Shown here piece after piece: positions 55,301 through 64,000 of a DNA stretch of 64,000 bases. This DNA is from Lama glama. Its lineage: Eukaryota. The translations under genes and the position numbers were made by a program. The notes beneath the pieces were generated by a model, which saw nothing but the letters and a program-made list of their open reading frames with translations, did not search any database and was not told the origin of the DNA. The stretch spans positions 16,680,001-16,744,000 of the forward strand of contig CM052816.1 in the NCBI GenBank assembly GCA_028534125.1, in the 5' to 3' direction. Position 1 is the stretch's first letter; every line of letters begins with the position of its first letter.

Positions 55301-56589
55301 CCAGGATGCCGAAATCAGTGGTGGTGCTTGTTTCCTCTGATTTCCCTTACTCTCCAGATGCAATCCCTACCCGCTTCCCACCCGCAGGACACATTTACAA
55401 TGTGACAGGCTCCGTGCTAAACGTTTGACAGGCATTTGTCCTCACAGTGCCTTATGAAATAGGTACCATGCTCACCCCCATTTCATGGATGAGGAAACAG
55501 GGTCAGAGAGGGCAGACGACTTGCTCAAGGTCAGAGAGCCCAGCAGTGGTATAGTCAGGATTCCAGTCCAGACAGCCTGGCTTCAGAACCCTCTGGCTGA
55601 ACTCCAGTTCATCCCAAGAGCTGTCCTCTGGGGCTCCAGAATGAATCAGACAAAGCTTGCATCCTACCGGGGTTCTTGAGTCAAGCCGAATAGGGGAGGC
55701 AGACCTGTGAGTACATCATTTTAACTCATTCATTCAGCAGTTACTTATCACACATCTGCTCCACTCCAGGCATTAGAGGTATAAGGAGAAGTAAGGCAGG
55801 TTCTCCGTCTTTTGCAGTTCATAGCTCAGTGTGGGAGACAGACAAGTAAACAAGCAGTTATAACAGCGATATGTGTTATCATGGGGGAAGCACAGTGACT
55901 GTGGGAGCCCCCGATTCGATTCCCATCCACTGAAGTGGTCCCCAGCAGTGAGAGAGCCAACTTCCATTCTAAAATAATCCCAGGAGGCTGGGTGGGGAAG
56001 GACTGGTGGTGAGACCAGCCAGGAAACCATGCAGTCATCCAGGAGAGGGGGTGAGGTCTGGATGCATCAGTACCAACTATCACAGAGGCTCTCTTCAGGG
56101 GACTCCCAGGCAGAGGCAGAGAGCAAGAAAAACTGACACCCCCAATTTATTGACAGGCAGCTGGGCCCAAAGTGCATCTACTTCCCTTGGTACAGTGGCC
56201 AAAAGGCAGTGAGATAGGCTGGATGGAAGGGTCCTCTCTTTTTCTTCTCTAAGCATCCCCCTGTCTGGCCTACCCACATAGAAACCCTGTTTTATGGTAA
56301 AGTCAAAATGAGTGACTGGGGAGGAAGCTGGCACCCAGAACCAGTGGGAAGAGCTTCCATCTAGATTATCACACTGACAAGTGGTGAAAAGAGGGAGGGA
56401 GAGTTAGCTTCTATACCCAGGAACATCTGCAGAGGGGTCCTCACTTCACTCTGGGCAGAGGCCACACTTCTGTTCCTATCAACAAAGGGAGGGGATCTTT
56501 GGAACAGAAAGGAGCCAGTTTTCCTCTGGTCAAGCTATAGAGAGAGCCATCATGGCAGATGACAGTGTCTTGAGGCTGACATTGGACTC

Positions 56590-57120
56590 ATTGTTTTTTT
56601 CAAAAATATATTGTGTTAAAATATACATAACATTTAGCATTTTAACCATTTTTAAGCGTACTATCTAGTGGCATTAAGTACACTTGCAATGTTGTGCAAC
56701 TATCACCAGTATCCATGTGCAGAAGTTTTTTTAGCATCTCAAACAGATACTGTGCACTCATGAAACAGTAATTCCCCCTCCTGCTCCTTCCCCTCTGCCC
56801 CTGGTAACCTCTATTTTAGTTTCTGTCTCTATAAATGTGCCTATTCTAGGTACCTCATGTAAGTGGAGATATTTTTTCCTAATATTTGTCCTTTTATGCC
56901 TGGCTTATTTCACTTAGCATAGTATTTTGGAGGTTCATCCATGTTGTAGCATGTGTCAGAATTTCATTCCTTTCTAAGGCTGGATCATATTCCATTTTAT
57001 GTATATACCACGTTTTATTTTGTTTATTCTTTCACCTGTTAATAGACATTTGGGTTGTTTCTACTTTTTGACTATTGTGAATAATGCTGCTGTGAATATT
57101 AGTGGGCAAGTATCTGTTTA
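56590..57120 (-). mobile_element. Old L1 (L1MB-like) 3' fragment
   Basis: ttttaaccatttttaagcgtac...gcccctggtaacctctatt...tggcttatttcacttagcat...gtgaataatgctgctgtgaa. Confidence 0.8.
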
Positions 57121-60100
57121 TGGATTCTGTTTTTATTTATCATTTGTCTCAGCAATTACAAGAGGGATTAAACTTAGATTTAACAAGGACTCCCTAGTTT
57201 CCTACTACCAGTGACCAAAGCAGCAGCATCTCCCTCTTTGGATAGTTTTGATAACCTGAGTCACTTCCACGTCCTGTAATCCCTCCCCTGGATGGGGTAG
57301 TGCCCGGCCATAGCTGCACTGGTGTAGGAAAGAGGCTTTACAGGGGTCATTCTGGGGTCACAGCTCTGGGTGGTTTATTTGCGGGAGCTGGGTGGTGAGG
57401 GTTTCATTATCTTCAGCTTGGGCTCTGGGGACATTTGCCACCACTACCCACCCCAGACCCAACTTTCTCCTTTCCCTGGCAACATCCAGGCTGCCTCCCC
57501 TTTTCTCTCCCAGCCTAAATTAAGAATGTGAAGCTGCTCTTCTTCCCAATTTAGCTTTTGAATTAAAGTGCGAACTGAATGTGGCTGGAAAGCTGACTCC
57601 CATCTGTGTGCATGAGAGAGAAAAGCAGAGCAAGTGAGCATGAGCACATGCCGGGGGAGGCAGAGCGAGGGTAGCTGATCGGGGCAGCTGCTGTTGAGCA
57701 CAGGCACCCATCCTCAGGTGCAGGCAAACAGCTCAGCAGAGAGATGCTGAGGTTGGAAGGTTGGTTTTTTTTTCAGGGACATCATTCGAACATTCTGGAA
57801 AAATGTGCTGAATTCTTGTTGTGGGCAGGCCCTGTACTAAACGCTGGGGAAACAGTGGTGAATGAGGTAGACCCATCGCCTATGCCCCAGCTTTCAGTGT
57901 AATGGGGAAATAGGCAATGACCAAACAGGGTGATGTGTGCAGTCAGGGAGGAGAGCAGAAGGCCACAGAGGCCTGGACAGGTGGGGAGTCGCATCTAAGC
58001 TGAGACCTGAAGCACACACAGAAGCTGACCAAGTGAAGGAGGAGACCAAGAGTGCTTGGGCAGAAGGCACTGCAAATGCAAAGATTTGAGTGGGCATGGC
58101 TTCCCTGCCGGAGCACATTGGCACCCGGAGCCCACCAGTTGGGCTAAGAGCTTCTACCTCCTCCTCTTCCTCTCTCTTCCCCTTCTTCCAGGGAGAACAA
58201 AGCCAGATGAAAATGGCTGGGCCAGAGAAGTTCAAGAGGATGAGAGTCCCTTCTGCCCAGACTCTGAATAGTTGGGGTAGTGGTCAGGGAAACCACAAGT
58301 CTCCTTCTGAGTTGCTACTCAGAAAGCTGAACCTGGCAGATCCAAGATGGACATGGAACAGGGGAAATGAGATCTCAGTTGCATCAGAGGAGACAAAGGA
58401 ATCAAGGGGTCCCTGCTTGGTTTAGCTTACCCCATCCTTCCCTGGAGGGCTGGCTGAGTCGGTTTCTGGGGGACCTGTCCTCTTCGTACCTAATGGCAAT
58501 GAATCATGATTCTAGCTGAGATGGGAACAGGTTGAAATCTTGGCAAAGAAGGACCTTCTCTTGGCAGAGACAGGAATGAGCTCTCTGGGGAGCCATGCAT
58601 TTCTCTGTCAGCTCTTGAGGTCCCCAATGACAGGCACATCTAAGGGATCCTGGTGTAAAACTCGCCATCAATATTTCAGGCAGCATTATTTATTGATCAC
58701 TCATCTGGCTGGGACAAAAGGAGAAGTAATTCATTAGGGATGCAGGGCTGGTAGGGTCATTTTGGGAAAGAGGTCAGGAAAAGGTAGGTCATTGAAGAGA
58801 CTCAGTCCTGGCTTCTGGAAAAATACCTTGAGATTCCAGGGTTTGGGGATGAGAGTCTTTGACTCCTTTTTTGTTAGCCCAATAGTAAGTTCCCCAGATG
58901 AAAATTGAAAATAAGGGAAGGGGGAGGGGACAGGGAGACTTGGGGGCAGGTCTGGGACTGCCACTGTGGCCATCAGAGAGAGAATATCCAGGGAGTCCTG
59001 CAGCTAGGTGAGCTTCCCTTCCTCAGGGCCCAGCCTGCCCCTCCTAAATTCCCTACCCTTGCTACGCCTTTGGTCTTCTCACCTGACCCTTAATTCAGCA
59101 ACAGCAGCCTTTCTAGATACAATTTCAGAAGTCCAGGTTGGGTCCCTTAGGCTGCAGGACCCTCCCAGGATCAGCTTAACAATTTCCCTGATCCCAGGAG
59201 GCGCCTGGTCCTCCTTGAAAGGGAGTACCTGCCTGCTGGGTCTGACCATCTCTTGAGCACACAGGCTGGGGTTAGGAAGTGATTGCTTGAGAACCCATAA
59301 CTGTCCTATCCATACACAAAAATGCTTTGTTCATGAACCTCCAACTCCAGGGATTGGGGCATGAAGCAGCCTGCTCACCAGACCAGACCTCAAGTGACTG
59401 GCTGCAGGAAAGACTGTCCCCTGCAGGGGCCAGGAAATCCCACATTGGGAGGGAGCTGCGCCACCTAGTGGGATTTTTCCTTCTTGCAGGCATTCCTCCC
59501 ACCCGTCACTGCTTCCTGCCCATATGGGACAAGCTCTCCCACTGAACACAAATGGCTCTAAGATTTAAGGTGCCGTCTTTCTCCAGGCAAGCCTGACCCA
59601 GCTCAGAGAAGGAAAAACTGGGGGGGGGGGATTTGTGAGGGCAATGATTACGTACCAGCTGATATTTCAGGCAGAGGAGAAGCCAGCAGTGGCTTTTGGC
59701 CTGGAAAGAGTTTCTCCTCTTATTCTGGATACCACATATGTGAAGACCATGGCCCAGTGCTCCAAGAGCCCCTCCCTCCTTTGTCTAACTCCTTTTCTTC
59801 CATGCTGAACAAGGCTGGGCTCAGCTCTGCTGATCAAGGAAGAGCTGGCACAGGCTGGAGCTGCTGGCTTTCCTCTGACGTCATGGCCTGGAAATCCCAT
59901 TTTAAGCAGGTTCTCTGGGTGTGGGGCAACACAAGAAAGGGAAGGGGAGCCAGCTGAAGCAACTCCAAGCCTGAGGCCGTTTTAGCCAGGGACCTCAGGC
60001 CTGGAGGCTGCCCAGTGTCCCCAGCGTGGTCTGGGCATGGAACACAGGGCTAGACTTCAGCCCCTACTCCACAGCTGATCTTTCTCAATGCCCAGTGGGA

Positions 60101-61879
60101 ATCCAGACAGTGATCAAGCACCCTCCACATAGCTGTAGCCATACACCTCTCTTTTGACATCTCTTCCTCATTCCCCTGGCCTAGAGAGATCTACTGAGGT
60201 AGAGGGGAGAAGGGATGTGGTCCCAGGGAATGAGACAGCAAAGGGTCACGGAGATGTGTCCCACCAGCCTTCCCCCCTCATTTTGTTTGATACACTCCAT
60301 CTCCTCTCCTCCCCTGCACCACAGGGGCCAGGGCCTGTGCCGAGTTCTAGGAGACTGAATGTTTCCATGGCAACGGACCAATGAACTTGGAAATCTGAGC
60401 ATGTTTCTGTTGACACAGGGAAACCCAGATGTGCATGGAGAGGCTGGCAGTGTGGAATCTAGCAGTGACCTCCTTAACCACTGGTCACTATAGGTGCAAT
60501 TGTGTAATCTGAGTGTGAGCGTGTGTGTGTCTGTAATATGCAGCAAATGGGATTTAGGTTAGAGAGGGCCTAACCTGCTTTCCTGACCATATGGTATCTG
60601 CTAGCATGAGACTGCAGCGTCTTACTCTCTGGAGATCTTTCTAGAACAAGGGAGTCTTTCCCCTGAATTCTACCCTGACATTTCCTCTCCTTTCTGAGAA
60701 GAATAGAGAAAGGGGCCAAGTTGCCCAGAGGCCGAGGGTGAAAGGAATACCCTTCAGAGGGCTATTGACTGGAAGATTACAGGAAAGATGGGAAGGGCAT
60801 CTCACACTCCACTGCGACTTCAGTTCAGAAGGTTCTTGGCCAGCTGGCTCAAATGTGGCAGGAAACATGCCCCTGTGATGTTAGGGGAGGGAGAGGAAAG
60901 CTTGATGTAGGGATGTTTTGCCAACCTTTGCACCCAGGACCTGGAGCTAGGTCCCTATTCACACTCCCTACCCCATCCCAGGCTCTGCTTCTTTCATTTT
61001 CCTTCCACAAGGCTGAGCCACTGTTTCTCTTGCTTCCTTCACCCTCCCTCCTACTTCCCTCCCTCTCTTCTTTACTCTTTACTCTTCCTTTGTCTCTTCC
61101 GATGCTGCCTCTGCTCCTGTTATCCTTTCCCTTCTCCTAGATTTTGCCTCTAGGGCCTTGTCCCCACTGGTTGTGCCCCTCAGTCCCTGATGGCTTTGGC
61201 TCTACCTCCCCAGGACTCAGACCCCATGCCCTGCAGCCCTCCTGCTCCTTCTTTCCTACAGCCCAGCCCAGCAGCTCAGAGATCCACCCTTCTGGCCCCA
61301 GCTCTTGGTTCCCTGTCCTCCTAATCTGTCCCCAGGTCAGACAAGAACCATGGGGCTTGTTCCTCATCTCCACCTCTTCCCTCATCCCACCTGTCTCCCC
61401 CTTTCAGTGTTTGGCTCACTGTCCTGCTCCAATATTTTTTAGCCTTCCTAGGCACTGTGGACATCCAATCCCCCAACTCTGACCATCAGCCCCCATATCA
61501 CATCCTCTCTTCCCTGGGGGCCTTATCAGGATCTTTGTCCCTACAGCTTACACCTGGCACTTTCTGTGAGGTACCAGAATGAGAAGGGGCCTCAGGGCAG
61601 GATTCTGAGGGACAAGACAACCTCTGAGGGTGGGAGCCCCTAGCCTTTCTTAAGTCCTGGACCTTCCTAGTCCCCTGGCTCTATCTTGAAGCCCAAAACC
61701 ATCTTCCCAGACTGAACCACCTCAAACCTATCTCTTACCTTGGAGATAAGAGCTCCTAGGGTTCACAGTCTGACCTCTTCCACCCTCCATCCCACAGCAG
61801 AGCCCTGCTTCTCACCTGAAGTCCTTCCCACCTGGGAAGGATGGGTAGAGCAAGAACAAAGCACAGAGGTCAAAATAAA

Positions 61880-63081
61880 TGAGGTGCCAGAATTTGGTTT
61901 ATTGGCTCTTCCAGTACCAAAGGTCTTTTGGTCACCCTCTTTCCATGGAATTGGGAGACCCCTGGCTCCTAAGTTTTTTTCTTCTTCACACATTCCTCCT
62001 AGTCTGACTTCTGAAGCCACAGCAGAAGCTGGGGCAGAGTGTGGGATAAAGGCTGGGTTCTGACAGGGGTCTGCTTACGTGGGGCCTAGTCTGCTTGGCA
62101 CAGGAAGAGGACCCTAGGGGACAAGGAGGATGGGCCCCCAGGTTGAGAGGGAAAGGAACGGCTCAGTGGGGGCCTCTACAGAGGGCCCTGAGGGGTGAAG
62201 GAGCCCAGCCCAGGGGCAGGACAGGAATGCAAGGAGGAGAGAAGAGAGGATGGAGGACAGAGGAAGAGGTGAGAGGCCCCTCAAAGCCCTATTCTCTTGT
62301 GGGCTGGGATCCTCTGAGGCTCAGAGGGAGGGAGGGCTGAAAGGGGGAAAGGGCCAGCTGGCTGTGGGGCTGAAGGTGGGGGGAGATCAGTGCTGGAGGG
62401 AAAGGCCTTTACTCAAAATCTCCCAGCCCTAGACTGAGAAACACACACACACATAAACACACACACACACACACACGCACTCACACACTCCTGGAACCCC
62501 ACCTCTTTTCAGTGGGCACATGCAGCACACAGCCCAACTCAACGCCCCCAGCTGCAGCTCTGGCCTGGCTCACCTAGTCATTGAAGCACACACTAAGCCC
62601 TGTCCTCCATTCACAGCTTCAGCCGGAGCCCCTGCCCAGGTTCCCTGAGGCCTTCCCCACTCCCTCCCTCTTTCCGGTGCCTTCAGGCCTGTCTCTGGTC
62701 AATCTGGGCTGTGACTGGCCCCTGGACCTGGACTCAGGGAGAGCAGTGGGGGCCACATTAGGACTTCAGGGAGTTCAGGGAGGGGGATGGCCATGGTCTT
62801 CAGCAAGGCACTGGGTGGGCGGGGGCAGGGCTGGAGCGGGGAGAGTAGCGTTCAGGCTCTGAGGAGCCTGCATCTCCTTGGCTGGCCCAGTCCTCAGCTC
62901 CTGGTCCAGCCTCTACCCTCAACCCCCACAGCAGGGCCTCCCTCCTCTTTTCCAAGCCCTTCCAGAGGAGTGGCCACTGGGCAGGCACCAGAAACAGCCA
63001 TCTGAGAGGTCCTGGGGCCTGAGGCGCGAGGGCTACTGGCACAGTGTGGAGCCGGGGCTCTGCAGCCTGGGGGCTGGGACC
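61880..63081 (-). other. REEP2: REEP2 3'UTR with AATAAA at 61898-61903
   Basis: tttatt on + about 1.2 kb past the stop; includes a (CA)n tract near 62440-62488. The end is approximate. Confidence 0.65.
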
Positions 63082-63150
63082 TCAAGCTGAGTCGCCCCCT
63101 GCAGAGGTCTTCTTCTTGGGCCGGGTCTTCAGCGTCTTGGAGGCCAGTGG
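63082..63150 (-). CDS. REEP2: REEP2 last coding exon (PLASKTLKTRPKKKTSAGGDSA*)
   Basis: cccacag|CCA; TGA at 63084-63082; 69 nt. Confidence 0.92.
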   Translation of the reverse strand, partial: PLASKTLKTRPKKKTSAGGDSA

Positions 63151-63235
63151 CTGTGGGAAGGACAGAGGAAGACAGAGGGCTCAGCCTGGAGCCACAGTCC
63201 CTCCCCATTTCCCCATGCTCTGGCATGGCTCTCAC

Positions 63236-63366
63236 CTCAGCTTTGGGCACTTTTTTGATGGATTTGACCCTCTTGGTGGCTTTGTCTCCTGTATCATCCT
63301 CAGAGATCTCTGTCCGGGGGTCTCCCTGGTTTGTGCCTGACCTTAAACTCAGGGCAGGGTCATCTC
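63236..63366 (-). CDS. REEP2: REEP2 coding exon (GDDPALSLRSGTNQGDPRTEISEDDTGDKATKRVKSIKKVPKAE)
   Basis: caaccag| ... GAG|gtgaga; 131 nt; phases are consistent. Confidence 0.92.
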
Positions 63367-63466
63367 CTGGTTGGGGGAAGAAAGGAGAACAGGGGTGTCT
63401 GGGTGTCTTTCTCACCTGGCCTCCTTGCCCTCATGCCCTTCTGCCCATCCCTGGGCCCATCTGTAC

Positions 63467-63614
63467 CTAAGTCCTCAATGGTGTCCAGAAGGCTGCCGGG
63501 GCTGGGTCTGAGGCGGCCGTCAGGACCCTGCAGGGGCAGGGCATCTTCATCCCGGATCAGGGTCAGGTCCTGCATGCTGAAGCTTCGGAGCTTCTCTGAC
63601 AGCACCCCCTGGCC
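63467..63614 (-). CDS. REEP2: REEP2 coding exon (GQGVLSEKLRSFSMQDLTLIRDEDALPLQGPDGRLRPSPGSLLDTIEDL)
   Basis: Acceptor cctag|GGCCAG, with an alternative cag| 6 nt downstream; donor TTAG|gtacag. LRSFSMQDL is typical of REEP1-4. Confidence 0.93.
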
Positions 63615-63964
63615 CTAGGGTCACCACCACGCACCGGGAGAACCGGAGAAAGGGGCGGGGTGGAGATAGAGGTCACCGTGGGGCACTAGGCAGCCACTGG
63701 GCTCAGTGCTCTCCCTGCAGTGTCCTCACCCTGTCCTATGGGGTGACAGCCTGGGGCCATGCTTTCCCTTTGGACAGATGAGGAAACTGGCTCAGGGTGT
63801 AAGTCACTTAGTGGAGGGTGTTAGAGGCAAGACTGGAAGGAACCCCGAGCTCCACAAGCCCCCAAACTTCACAGACCCAAGGACAGGGTGGATGCTATGG
63901 GGCCTGGCCAGGGGGACAAGATGAGCCAGGTGGGGCCCTGGGAGCTGAGTCTGTACCATCTCAC

Positions 63965-64000
63965 CTTGGCAGCAGCCGTAACCGCGGCATTGGCAGCCAG
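63965..64000 (-). CDS. REEP2: REEP2 coding exon, partial (LAANAAVTAAAK); continues beyond the window
   Basis: - strand CTG GCT GCC AAT GCC GCG GTT ACG GCT GCT GCC AAG|gtgaga. Confidence 0.88.

Overview
This is a mammalian genomic window, most likely camelid (alpaca/vicuna/camel), judging by five tRNA-Ala-derived SINEs resembling the camelid Vic-1 family. It covers the syntenic ETF1-EGR1-REEP2 block. On the + strand are nine coding exons of ETF1 (eRF1; the N-terminal coding exon lies upstream of the window) and its ~2.2 kb 3'UTR. On the - strand are the complete two-exon EGR1 gene (540 aa), with a CpG-island promoter carrying CArG/ETS serum-response clusters, and the last four coding exons and 3'UTR of REEP2. 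The rest is intronic or intergenic DNA with old L1/L2/MIR/LTR/DNA-transposon relics and one young-looking L1 broken by a 500-N gap. The most notable non-gene signals are: (1) an orphan CpG island ~19 kb from the EGR1 TSS with three tandem, identically phased ETS+CArG units, bracketed by convergent CTCF-like motifs; (2) a lone AUG-UGA start-stop element in the EGR1 leader, in frame with the CDS; and (3) possible regulatory structure around ETF1 (open post-stop extension, candidate poison exon, and a G-quadruplex and long hairpin in the long 3'UTR). Gene identities and repeat subfamilies are recognised from memory, not from database searches. All regulatory calls are motif-based hypotheses.
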